A stretch of 64,000 nucleotides of DNA from Magnetococcales bacterium HHB-1 (GCA_052043475.1 JBQGBW010000009.1:1818-65817); one strand, 5' to 3'; positions 29,380-38,217 are shown, numbered from the stretch's first letter. The notes: a model not told the origin generated them from the letters alone. Translations and numbers: made by a program.

Positions 29380-30498
29380 CTACCCCCAGGCCCGTTTTTT
29401 ATCATAGAGGTTCATTAAGGCGGAGAGGGTTAGATTGATGGTGAGATAAAAAGCCATGGTCATCGCGATAATCTCAATCGCCTGGCCGGTCTGATTGAGC
29501 GTTGTGCCCGCAAAAACGGAGACCAACTCAGGATAAGCGATGGCCGCACCCAAAGAGGAATTTTTAATCAGATTGAGATACTGGCTGGTGAGGGGGGGGA
29601 TAATTACCCTTATGGCTTGAGGAAAGATAATCTTTTTAAGTGCTTGCGTGCGGGTTAACCCTAAAGCGGCGGCGGCCTCTTTCTGACCTCGATCCACCGA
29701 TTGAATTCCGGCGCGGACAATTTCAGCAATATAGGAGGCGGTGTAGAGGGTTAATGCAAGAACCAGTGCGGCCAGTTCGGGCAGGATGGTTAACCCTCCT
29801 GTAAAGTTAAAACCGCGCAACTCAGGCCTTTGCCAGGTGATGGAGCTGCTTGCCACCATGCTGAGGAGAATAATGCCTAAAGCGGTGAGGAGAAGCTTTT
29901 TAAGCGCGATCTTTGCCTTTTTTTTCCGCCAGCTAATCCATAGCAGTGATATGGCGCCGATGATTGTGATTATGAAAAAAAACGTATAATCCAAAGTGAG
30001 TTGTGGACTGGGGAGATAGAGACCTCGGATATTGAGAAAAACACCTTCAATTGGAGAGAGGCTCTGGCGTGGCATGGGCAGGGTGCGCAACACTGCGAAG
30101 TACCAGAAGAAAAGTTGCAGAAGCAGAGGAATGTTGCGCAAGATCTCAATATAGACCATCGCCAATTGCGCGACTAACCAGTTGCTGGAGAGCCTCGCGA
30201 TACCGATGGTAACCCCTAAAATAGTGGCTAAGATAATACCGATTACCGCCACCAGTAGGGTATTGGTTAATCCAACCCAGAAAACATCGAAGTAGGTGGA
30301 TTGGGCGTGATAGGGGATAAGATACTGAATGATATCAAAGCCTGACTCCTGGGAGAGAAAATCAAATCCGGATTGGATGCCGATTTTTTCCATATTATTG
30401 AGTGCATTGCGAAACAGATAGGTGAGAACGCCCGCACCCAGGATAAAAAAGAGAAGCTGGCTTCCCCAGGCTCTTATCTTTAAATTTAAAAAAGTCAT
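29380..30498 (-). CDS. aapQ: amino-acid ABC transporter permease
   Basis: Polytopic membrane protein with the EAA-type loop (ASYIAEIVRAGIQSVDRGQKEAAAALGL). Confidence 0.85.
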   Translation of the reverse strand: MTFLNLKIRAWGSQLLFFILGAGVLTYLFRNALNNMEKIGIQSGFDFLSQESGFDIIQYLIPYHAQSTYFDVFWVGLTNTLLVAVIGIILATILGVTIGIARLSSNWLVAQLAMVYIEILRNIPLLLQLFFWYFAVLRTLPMPRQSLSPIEGVFLNIRGLYLPSPQLTLDYTFFFIITIIGAISLLWISWRKKKAKIALKKLLLTALGIILLSMVASSSITWQRPELRGFNFTGGLTILPELAALVLALTLYTASYIAEIVRAGIQSVDRGQKEAAAALGLTRTQALKKIIFPQAIRVIIPPLTSQYLNLIKNSSLGAAIAYPELVSVFAGTTLNQTGQAIEIIAMTMAFYLTINLTLSALMNLYDKKRAWG

Positions 30499-30501
30499 TT
30501 T

Positions 30502-31515
30502 CTAGCGAAACGGCGGGGCATACATAATGCCGCCCTGATTCCAGAGGGCATTTAATCCTCGCTTGATCTTCAATGTGGTTTTTGGCCCTAGGTTGCGCTG
30601 GAATATTTCATCATAGTTTCCCAGATGTTGAATAATATTCGCCGCCCATTTTGGCTCTAATCCCAGTTTTTTCCCCATATCCCCAGATGTGCCTAAGAGG
30701 CGTTTTATGGCGGGATTGTTACTTTTTTTCTGCTCGATTATATTTTTAGATGTAACGCCTAACTCTTCGGCATTAATCAGCGCAAAAAGCGTCCATTTTG
30801 CGATATCAAACCACGCTTCATCTCCTTGACGTACCAGAGGCCCTAGAGGCTCCTTGGAGATGATATCGGGAAGAATTTTATGCTGCTTTGGATCTTTAAG
30901 CTTAATGCGTTGGGCGTAGAGTCCTGATTGATCTGTGGTGAACACATCACAGCGTCCCGAGTCATAAGCCGCAATTGCTTCATCACCATTCTCAAAAACC
31001 ACCGGCTGATACTTCATATTATGGGCGCGAAAGTAGTCTGCTAAGTTAAGTTCAGTGGTGGTTCCTGTCTCTACACAGATGGTGGCGCCATCCAGTTCGC
31101 GGGCGCTATTTACGCCGAGATCTTTTTTAATGATAAATCCTTGACCATCGTAGTAGATAACACCGACAAAATTAAAACCCAAAGCGGTATCCCTGGAGAG
31201 GGTCCAGGTTGTGTTGCGGGAGAGGATATCGATCTCGCCAGACTGTAGTGCGGTAAAACGCTCTTTGGGGTTTAAGGGCGTAAATTTAACGCGGCCTGGC
31301 TTTCCGAAGAGGGCTACGGATACCGCGCGACAGTAGTCTACATCGAGTCCATTCCAGTTTCCTGTTTTATCTGGATTAGAGAAGCCTGGCAGGCCACGGT
31401 TGACACCGCATTGGATATACCCTTTCTTTTTAATGCTTTCCAGCGTGGTTCCCGCTTCGGTATACGTGATAAAAAAGAGACAGCACAGCGTGAGGATAAC
31501 TCTAAACATGCGCAT
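30502..31515 (-). CDS. aapJ: general L-amino-acid ABC transporter periplasmic binding protein
   Basis: Strong resemblance to AapJ (TLESIKKKGYIQCGVNRGLPGFSNPD..NWNGLDVDYC..KERFTALQSGEIDILSRNTTWT..YYDGQGF). Start set at ATG 31515 (MRMFRVILTLCCLFF signal peptide, AAGAGG SD upstream). The ORF-track extension to 31857 overlaps the next gene. Confidence 0.9.
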   Translation of the reverse strand: MRMFRVILTLCCLFFITYTEAGTTLESIKKKGYIQCGVNRGLPGFSNPDKTGNWNGLDVDYCRAVSVALFGKPGRVKFTPLNPKERFTALQSGEIDILSRNTTWTLSRDTALGFNFVGVIYYDGQGFIIKKDLGVNSARELDGATICVETGTTTELNLADYFRAHNMKYQPVVFENGDEAIAAYDSGRCDVFTTDQSGLYAQRIKLKDPKQHKILPDIISKEPLGPLVRQGDEAWFDIAKWTLFALINAEELGVTSKNIIEQKKSNNPAIKRLLGTSGDMGKKLGLEPKWAANIIQHLGNYDEIFQRNLGPKTTLKIKRGLNALWNQGGIMYAPPFR

Positions 31516-31606
31516 TGGAACCTCTTGCTCTTTAAATATAAAAGAATCATTAATTAGTGATGATTCAAACATAAAATAGCCCCAATTGAAAGATAAAATG
31601 CGTTTT

Positions 31607-32044
31607 TTAGCGTGGATCAAGAAGTAGGTCACGAATAAGGGCAAAGAAGGTCTGTTCTGCATTGCTTGAGAAAAACCAGCCGAGATGTTGATTGCATTGC
31701 TGACAGTGCGCCATCTGCCAGCGATAACTTTTAAACCAGCTATATTCTGCGATGGGCGTACCCAATACCAGGCACCCACCAGCCTTTTGAAAGCAGCCCA
31801 CATTAAAATAGATCTGGCTGGGATTTTTAAAGGTATGGGTGTGACTACCAAGAACATTTATTTTATGTTTATGATCTGTGATGGTATTGCGGCACGATTT
31901 ACAAAAGATCTTGCGCTTCTTTCTCTCTTTTTTAAGATCATCTTTGCTCTGATTTTGCAGATCAAGTTTTGATATGGGAGGAGTGGGTTGCTCTATTTTA
32001 AAAAATAGGGAAAAATGCATGTTGTCATGTCTGTTTTTCATCAA
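31607..32044 (-). CDS. bacterial cereblon-like CULT-domain protein
   Basis: Two zinc CxxC pairs (CKSC, CQQC). The block EYSWFKSYRWQMAHCQQCNQHLGWFF aligns with human CRBN [25 protein letters not shown], and all three cage Trp are conserved. Start is ambiguous (ATG 32044/32041/32020). Confidence 0.8.
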   Translation of the reverse strand: MMKNRHDNMHFSLFFKIEQPTPPISKLDLQNQSKDDLKKERKKRKIFCKSCRNTITDHKHKINVLGSHTHTFKNPSQIYFNVGCFQKAGGCLVLGTPIAEYSWFKSYRWQMAHCQQCNQHLGWFFSSNAEQTFFALIRDLLLDPR

Positions 32045-32433
32045 GGGACTTTTTTAAGTTTTTCTCTCTTTTTAAGATTAAGGATACGACAAAATTTAAT
32101 TTTTGCCAAACATCTGCTAAAATGGTTTTACTCATTTTTTCTACTTAAGGGAACTTTAAGTCCCGCTTTTTTGAGATGGACATATCGTGCTTATTACAAG
32201 AGGCCAACGCAATCGGGGGGAGCGCAGACGCGCATCCCCTGTTCAAGCAGATGATCATGCAGAGAAATTAAAGCGTTCCACGCCTGAAGGTGGAGAAGAT
32301 GCAGCACCATCCTTTCGTGCCCGGTGGCACCACTGGAGTGTCTGGCTGGCTTTTGCGCTTGTCTTTCTTTTTGGTCTACTTAAAATTATCTTTTTTGAGT
32401 AGTGTGTGATCGATAAAAAACGATAGATGATCA

Positions 32434-32757
32434 ATGATGAAAAAAAGAGCTTCGCGAAAGTTTCGTGGTATTGTCAGCCACCATATCGAAAAAGAGAACG
32501 ACTGGCCGGTGGCTGTGGTGATGGATCTCTCCAAGGGGCAGAAAGTTCGGCTTAACCTGCATGATCATACGCTTGATCTGCTTTCTGGAGCGCCTCTTAA
32601 GGAGAAAAAAGCGGCATGGTGTCTGGAGATTGGCCGTTATCTGGCGCGAAGTGATCTTCTTGAGCAGAAGGAGAAAGCCGCCGAAAATCGGATGGATGGA
32701 CGGCAGCGCATAGCGTTCTCTGTGCGACCAGATCCCAATAGAACCTGGTGGGGATAA
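32434..32757 (+). CDS. hypothetical protein
   Basis: 107-aa ORF that fills the gap and runs convergent with yhbY. It has no recognisable motif and no clear SD. Confidence 0.35.
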   Translation: MMKKRASRKFRGIVSHHIEKENDWPVAVVMDLSKGQKVRLNLHDHTLDLLSGAPLKEKKAAWCLEIGRYLARSDLLEQKEKAAENRMDGRQRIAFSVRPDPNRTWWG

Positions 32758-32759
32758 TC

Positions 32760-33083
32760 TTATTTGGGGAGTTTGTAGTGGCGCTTTTTAGGATTTTTAT
32801 GGGGACGATAGAGAATAATCATATGGCCGATGGTTCCGATATGTGCGCTACGGCTCTCCTCTGCCAGTTTAATGGCGAAAACCTTCTTCTGCTCTTTAAA
32901 GTCAATCAGCTTCACTTTGATCAACTCGTGGGCGAGTAGTGCGACTTCTACTTCATTTAAGGCCGACTCTGAGAGTCCTTGTTTACCAATATAGGCGGTT
33001 GGTGAGAGTGCATGGGCTTTCCCTCGAAGAAAACGGCGTTGTGCTCCGGTAAGCACAATTGATGGTGGTGACTCCTTATCCAT
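32760..33083 (-). CDS. yhbY: ribosome assembly RNA-binding protein YhbY (CRM domain)
   Basis: LTGAQRRFLRGKAHALSPTAYIGKQGLSESALNEVEVALLAHELIKVKL matches the YhbY/CRS1 family pattern and size. Confidence 0.85.
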   Translation of the reverse strand: MDKESPPSIVLTGAQRRFLRGKAHALSPTAYIGKQGLSESALNEVEVALLAHELIKVKLIDFKEQKKVFAIKLAEESRSAHIGTIGHMIILYRPHKNPKKRHYKLPK

Positions 33084-33281
33084 GAAGGGCTTCTCCTTAA
33101 AGCTTGTTTGTTGATTTTGTTAAAATAGTCTATTTTGTTCCATTCTTTATGATGAATGAGACAAGATTGATAAAAAAAACGAGAAAAAAACGCGGGTAAG
33201 AGAACACTCTCGCTTTCTCTTCTCCTTTAAATTGATTATCATATGGCGCTGGAAGATAAAGAAAGATAGCAATCATGTGGA

Positions 33282-33530
33282 GTGCAGCCAATGGATAATC
33301 CTTCTTCTTTAGAGCAGGCGCCTAAAAGGCGGCGGCGACAACGGCGTCGAAAAACTTACGGTCCTTGTGTGGCTTGTAAAAAGGTGGCTTCTTTTGCCTG
33401 GGTCTGTCGTAAGTGTGGTATGACTATGTGTCAGGACTGTATGCAAGAGAACCTTTGGGGGATGACCTGCAACCAGATTACCTGGATCTGTTCCGATTGC
33501 GGTTGGGAAAACAATTTTGGCACGCGATAA
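33282..33530 (+). CDS. small Arg-rich, Cys-rich (multi-CxxC) zinc-finger-like protein
   Basis: 82 aa (GTG 33282, or ATG 33291). Contains KRRRRQRRRK followed by C-x2-C-x10-C-x2-C-x4-C-x2-C-x10-C-x6-C-x2-C. It lies 21 nt upstream of the first GTPase gene on the same strand. Confidence 0.55.
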   Translation: MQPMDNPSSLEQAPKRRRRQRRRKTYGPCVACKKVASFAWVCRKCGMTMCQDCMQENLWGMTCNQITWICSDCGWENNFGTR

Positions 33531-33551
33531 AACGGTTCTCTTAGGCACTTA

Positions 33552-35276
33552 TTGACTTGGACTGTCACGATGGATCTGTTAAACCTCTATGAAAAAGCCA
33601 CATCTCAAGCACGTTCTTTGCTGAGAGGACGTGGGATTCTCTCAATTATTCTGGTCTCTTTTCTTCTTCTGATTCTCTATTTTATCCTGTCACTTACATC
33701 ACTTGCTTTTTCAGTATGGGACCGTTTTCAAGCAGGGCCAGGTTGGGTTGCGTTTATCTATTGGAGCGCGCTTATCGGATTTATGGGCTCTCTGGCCTTG
33801 ACGTGCTGGCGTGGTATTCGCCGTTTCTCCTCCGGTAAAAAACGCGATAAAGAAGCGACAGAGACGCCTGAAGTTCTTCCTCCCCCCCCAGATGAAGAGG
33901 AGGTTCAGCTTCGTATTGAGCGTAATATTGAGGCGGGCGCTTCTGTGGGGGCGGCGGAAGCGGAGTTGGAACAACTCTCTCAGCGCCGTGAAGCCGGAGA
34001 AGTGCATGTGGTTCTGTTTGGTGAAATCTCTGCGGGAAAGACGGCGCTTTTAAAGGTTCTTCTGCCTGAAGCGGAGGTAGAGAGCTCTCCTGTGGGGGGA
34101 ACCACCCGTAAACTGGAGCGAAGAACCTGGATTAGCCAGGCGGGCGATCGTCTGGTTCTGACCGATCTTCCTGGCTTTAATGAAGCGGGAAATCTCGATG
34201 AATCCCATGGAAAAGAGGGCAAGGCTTTAGCGTTTGTGGCACGGGAGGAGGCCGCGAGATCGCATGCGGTGGTCTACCTCTGTGATGGCGATCTTACCAG
34301 GGATCAGTTTGCTGAACTCGCCAGGCTTGTGCTGTTGAAAAAACCGATGGTGCTTGTGCTCAATAAGGTGGACCGTTTCTCAAAAGAGGAGCGCTTAAAG
34401 GTTGAAGATAAACTGCGTGAACGGGTGGCTGAACTGCGTGCTGAGATCCCGATTGAGGTGGTCTCCATCAGTAGCGGTGGTCAGCGTGAAGTGGTTCGTT
34501 TATTGCCTGATGGAGAAGAGCGCCATGAAGTGCGTCCGATTCCTCCTCAAATTGAACCCTTAACCCATGCCTTACAGCGCATCTTTGATCAGGATATGGC
34601 GCTTTTAGAGTCTCTGCGGGATAGTGCGGTCTTCACCTTGGCGGCAGAGCGATTGGATGAATCTTTGCGCCTAAGGCGGCGGGAGCAGGCGGACGCCATG
34701 ATCTCCAATCATGCACACAAGGCGGTTTTGGGCGCGATGGCAGCATTCTCTCCGGGAATGGATCTGATTGTCCAAGGTGTACTTGGTGTGGCGATGGTGC
34801 GCAAGCTCTGTGAGCTCTATGATGTTCCTGTAAAAGAGCTGGAGTTAAAACAGCTTCTTAAAAGAATTGATCTTAAGGCGATAAAATCGATCCCTTTTCT
34901 GCTTACGGTGGTTGGTAATGTCTTTAAAGCCTTTCCTGGCGTGGGTACGGTTGCCGGTGGTGTTCTGCATGCGGTCGCTTATGGCCTGATTTTTGAAAGC
35001 TTAGGTAAATCGGTGGTGCGCACCTTAGAGAGCCGTGGAAAATTGGCGGTCAATCCGACAATCCAACTATTTGAGGAGTGTCTTGGCGATGACCTGGAGA
35101 ATCGCTCCAGACGCTGGTTAAAGTTGGCCATCTCCATGGCAAGACGCAAAAAAGAGAGTGAACAGGAGATTATGCCTGGAGCAGAGAAAGATCAAAGTGG
35201 ATCTTCAATCCGGGCGACGGATAAAAACCGACCAAAACCTGTTGATTTTGTGCAACCAAAAGAAGACCTCCGGTGA
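33552..35276 (+). CDS. membrane GTPase with C-terminal DUF697-like domain
   Basis: Two N-terminal TM helices. G1 is GEISAGKTALL, G3 is DLPGFNE and G4 is NKVD. The C-terminal hydrophobic/amphipathic DUF697-like region reads AVLGAMAAFSPGMDLIVQG...FPGVGTVAGGVLHAVAYGLIFE. The first ATG is at 33570 and the TTG at 33552. Confidence 0.8.
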   Translation: MTWTVTMDLLNLYEKATSQARSLLRGRGILSIILVSFLLLILYFILSLTSLAFSVWDRFQAGPGWVAFIYWSALIGFMGSLALTCWRGIRRFSSGKKRDKEATETPEVLPPPPDEEEVQLRIERNIEAGASVGAAEAELEQLSQRREAGEVHVVLFGEISAGKTALLKVLLPEAEVESSPVGGTTRKLERRTWISQAGDRLVLTDLPGFNEAGNLDESHGKEGKALAFVAREEAARSHAVVYLCDGDLTRDQFAELARLVLLKKPMVLVLNKVDRFSKEERLKVEDKLRERVAELRAEIPIEVVSISSGGQREVVRLLPDGEERHEVRPIPPQIEPLTHALQRIFDQDMALLESLRDSAVFTLAAERLDESLRLRRREQADAMISNHAHKAVLGAMAAFSPGMDLIVQGVLGVAMVRKLCELYDVPVKELELKQLLKRIDLKAIKSIPFLLTVVGNVFKAFPGVGTVAGGVLHAVAYGLIFESLGKSVVRTLESRGKLAVNPTIQLFEECLGDDLENRSRRWLKLAISMARRKKESEQEIMPGAEKDQSGSSIRATDKNRPKPVDFVQPKEDLR

Positions 35277-35298
35277 TGTTTAAGGGGAGGAGATAAAT

Positions 35299-37194
35299 AT
35301 GAGTATCTGGAAGCGGGTTACAGGATTGCGTTCTGATGAAGAGAAAAATGGCGCGAAAGGGGAGGAGAATAGATCTTCCGAAAAGGGGGCTGACGCGAGC
35401 GATGCGCGTTGGAAAAAATTGACGCAGGATGCCTCAGGCGCTTTTGGTAAGGGATTTAAATCTCTGGAGAATGGTCTGGAGAAGGGGTGGCGTGTGGTCA
35501 GTGATACGCTACACACCGAAAAAGATAAAGAATCCACATCGGTGACCACCAAACAGGCTTCTTCAAAACATCTTCCTCTGGATGCCACGGGAGCGGAATC
35601 CACACTGGCGGAGATTCGTAAAGCCTCCAAAGAGGAGAAATCCTCTCTGGCTTCATGGGATCTAACCGCCTGGGAGTCGCGCCTTGAAGATCAGATGAGC
35701 CATTTTCGCACCTTTTGGAAAGATCGTGAGGTGGATCAAAAGATCAAGGAGGTGAGCGAGCAGAGTGGAAAATATCTCCTCCAAACCGGGGCACGTCTGC
35801 ATCAGGTTAAAAATATTCTCACAGGCCGTGGAATGCACCTTCCTAAGACAGAGGAGCGTGTCGCCGTTGAACCTGTCGAGGAGCCCAGTACAGTACAGGG
35901 TTTAGGGCATCTGGATCTGGCGGAGCGAAGTCTGCGTGATCTTCTGGATAATGATAACGTTCCCGCGCAGGTTAAAGAAGCGCTCAAAGAGGAGTATCGC
36001 CAGGTTCGTGATCTGCTGGAAAAAATTGAACTGGGACAGATCCATATCGCCGCTTTTGGTCGCGTAAGTGTTGGAAAATCTGCGCTGCTCAACGCTTTAA
36101 TTGGTGAAGAACTGTTTGAGGTGAGTCCGCTGCATGGTGAAACCAAAGTGGTGCAGAAGGCGGCCTGGAAGGAGGCTAAAGCCTCTTCGGATACATCCCA
36201 TGGTGGTGTTTTTCTTATTGATACCCCCGGCATCAATGAGGTGGATGGCTTGGATCGTGAGTTGTTGGCGCGCGGGGTGGTGGATCGCAGTGATCTGGTG
36301 CTCTTTGTGGTGGATGGCGATATCACTGAAACCGAGCATCAGGCGTTAAAGAGTATTCTTGCCGATCACCACCGTCCGCTGATTCTGGTATTAAATAAGG
36401 CGGATCGCTACACCTCCGTAGAGAAGAGTCTGCTCTTAAAAACCCTTGTTGAGCGTACGGAGGAGATGGTGGCGCCTGGCTATGTGGTCTGTTGTGCCGC
36501 AAAGCCAGCGGAGAAGGTCTATATTCAGGTGGATGAGGAGGGCAATGAGACAGAAGTTTGCCGAACCCCTGAGCCCGACCTGATTGAGTTGAAGGAGTTG
36601 CTCTGGAATATCTTAGAGAGTGAGGGCAAGACCCTCTCGGCGGTGAATGCCAGTCTTTTTGCAGGTAAACTCTCCGATCAAGTCTCTGAAGGCATCACCC
36701 GTTACCATAAAGAGACCGCCGAGAAGGTGATCCGTACCTACTGCCTGGGAAAGGGCGTGGCGGTGGCGTTTAATCCGGTCCCCATAGCCGATGTACTCGC
36801 TGTTGCCGCCGATGCCGCAATGATTGTCAATATGGGCAATATCTATGGTATGCCTGTAAATGCTTCAGAGGCGGGCAGTTTAATGAAAACCATCATCGGC
36901 CAGATGATGCTGCTCATGGGCGCGGTCTGGGGGGTTCAACTGGCCTCTTCTGCCTTAAAAGGGGTGAGTCTTGGTCTTTCCACGGTGTTTACCGCAGGAA
37001 CGCAAGGTGCGGTGGCCTACTATGGTACTTATGTGGTTGGAAAGGCGGCTGAACGCTATTTTGCTCAGGGTAAATCCTGGGGTGAGGGCGGACCTAAGCA
37101 GGTGGTGCGTGAGATCTTGGACTCCTTGGATCGTGAATCCATTCTGGCTCAGGCGCGTGCGGATATTCTGGCTAAAATTAAAAAGGCAGACTGA
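35299..37194 (+). CDS. GTPase with charged N-terminal region and C-terminal DUF697-like domain
   Basis: G1 is GRVSVGKSALLNAL, G3 is DTPGINE and G4 is NKADR. The DUF697-like tail reads AVAFNPVPIADVLAVAADAAMIVNMGNIYG. It lies 22 nt after the preceding paralogous gene. Confidence 0.8.
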   Translation: MSIWKRVTGLRSDEEKNGAKGEENRSSEKGADASDARWKKLTQDASGAFGKGFKSLENGLEKGWRVVSDTLHTEKDKESTSVTTKQASSKHLPLDATGAESTLAEIRKASKEEKSSLASWDLTAWESRLEDQMSHFRTFWKDREVDQKIKEVSEQSGKYLLQTGARLHQVKNILTGRGMHLPKTEERVAVEPVEEPSTVQGLGHLDLAERSLRDLLDNDNVPAQVKEALKEEYRQVRDLLEKIELGQIHIAAFGRVSVGKSALLNALIGEELFEVSPLHGETKVVQKAAWKEAKASSDTSHGGVFLIDTPGINEVDGLDRELLARGVVDRSDLVLFVVDGDITETEHQALKSILADHHRPLILVLNKADRYTSVEKSLLLKTLVERTEEMVAPGYVVCCAAKPAEKVYIQVDEEGNETEVCRTPEPDLIELKELLWNILESEGKTLSAVNASLFAGKLSDQVSEGITRYHKETAEKVIRTYCLGKGVAVAFNPVPIADVLAVAADAAMIVNMGNIYGMPVNASEAGSLMKTIIGQMMLLMGAVWGVQLASSALKGVSLGLSTVFTAGTQGAVAYYGTYVVGKAAERYFAQGKSWGEGGPKQVVREILDSLDRESILAQARADILAKIKKAD

Positions 37195-37197
37195 TCT

Positions 37198-37857
37198 TTA
37201 ATGATGCTGTTTTTTCTGCTCTTCTAACCGTTTTATGAACCACTTACGGTTATCCTCTTTTTTAAAGCGTTGCTCTTTTTCAGCCGCAAGGCTTGTCTGG
37301 CGCCAGAATTTCTGTCTTATTTCAGGTGTCGGTAAGCTTTTTATCACCGTTTGACGCAGTTCGCCAAAAAGTTTGACCAGATGTTGCCAACCGGGCTCTA
37401 ATAAGCGATCCAGACGCTCTTTTAAGAGACGGGAGAGTGAAGGGCTTAAGCCTTGTGTACCGATAGCGATGGTGATCGGTGGTCGGCGCAGCGTTGCGGG
37501 CACAAGAAAGCCGCTCACTTTAGGATCATCGGCGGAGTTACAAAGAATGCCTTTCTCTCGACAGAGAAGGGCTATTTTTTTGTTTTGATCAATGCTTGAT
37601 GTGACAGCAAATAGGAGTAGGGGGCGTTTTTCTCTGATTTTTTCCTCAAATAAACTTTCAGAGAAAAGTTCTTTTTGATGCGCGATCTTTCCCTCCTCAA
37701 CCCAGCGGGCAACATAGGTGTCTAATTCTGGAGAGATTACGGTAATCTCAGCACCACAGGTGAGCAGACCAGAGATCTTGCGACGGGCCACCCTTCCGCC
37801 ACCAAAAACGAGCACCTGTTGTTGAGAGAGGTTTGCTTCAAGCCAGTAGTGATCCAT
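37198..37857 (-). CDS. precorrin-2 dehydrogenase / sirohydrochlorin ferrochelatase (SirC/CysG N-terminal type)
   Basis: The Rossmann N-terminus is VLVFGGGRVARRKISGLL and the size is ~219 aa. Start set at ATG 37857 (MDHYWLEANL). The longer ORF-track N-terminus (MPCCMPCC...) is the antisense image of a QQGM repeat. Confidence 0.8.
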   Translation of the reverse strand: MDHYWLEANLSQQQVLVFGGGRVARRKISGLLTCGAEITVISPELDTYVARWVEEGKIAHQKELFSESLFEEKIREKRPLLLFAVTSSIDQNKKIALLCREKGILCNSADDPKVSGFLVPATLRRPPITIAIGTQGLSPSLSRLLKERLDRLLEPGWQHLVKLFGELRQTVIKSLPTPEIRQKFWRQTSLAAEKEQRFKKEDNRKWFIKRLEEQKKQHH

Positions 37858-38155
37858 GGGAGATCCTTTACCAGAAGATTTGATGGAGGTTGCCAATATG
37901 TTATCTACGCGTATCGAACAGTGGTCAAGAGATCTTGAGCAGCGAGGATTGCAGCAAGGCATGCAGCAAGGCATGCAGATTGGAGAACAACAGGGGGAGT
38001 CAAAGCTTCTTTACCGTCTTCTTCTAAGGAAGTTTCATGCATTACCTCCTTGGGTTTCCCAGAGATTGTCGGATGCGGATGCCCAACAGTTGGAAGCCTG
38101 GAGTGATCGCATTTTTGATGCCGAGTCTCTTGAGGAGATCTTTGAAGAGAAATAA
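37856..38155 (+). CDS. free-standing DUF4351-like C-terminal module (Rpn-like tail only)
   Basis: 99 aa. QQGMQQGMQIGEQQGE repeats are followed by LLYRLLLRKFHALPPWVSQRLSDADAQQLEAWSDRIFDAESLEEIF, paralleling the tail of the 25618 gene. It lies antisense to the flanking sirC-like and hisC genes. It could equally be a gene remnant. Confidence 0.5.
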   Translation: MGDPLPEDLMEVANMLSTRIEQWSRDLEQRGLQQGMQQGMQIGEQQGESKLLYRLLLRKFHALPPWVSQRLSDADAQQLEAWSDRIFDAESLEEIFEEK

Positions 38156-38217
38156 GAACTGTTTTTCTTTGGGAGACGTTGCTGAAAATTTAATCCATGT
38201 CTCCCAAATCGTTTTTT

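Noticed and set aside
29592-29599. G8 homopolymer inside the aapQ permease gene as a possible phase-variation switch
   Set aside because: It encodes in-frame Pro-Pro (IIPPLTS) in a conserved loop of a housekeeping permease. It is noted only as a calibration that G8 runs are not rare in this genome.
31516-31857. 114-aa upstream extension of the aapJ ORF
   Set aside because: The extension overlaps the CULT gene in another frame. The internal ATG at 31515 has an SD and yields a proper signal peptide and the normal AapJ length.
32187-32402. 71-aa GTG-initiated ORF with a basic N-terminus and a C-terminal hydrophobic helix
   Set aside because: It has only a GTG start, a weak SD and no family signature. 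It is a plausible tail-anchored small protein but is unsupported without conservation or expression data.
37858-37974. N-terminal extension MPCCMPCCNPRC... of the sirC-like ORF
   Set aside because: This stretch is the reverse complement of the QQGMQQGM coding repeat of the plus-strand DUF4351 ORF. SirC-type proteins start right before the GGG Rossmann motif, as does the ATG at 37857.
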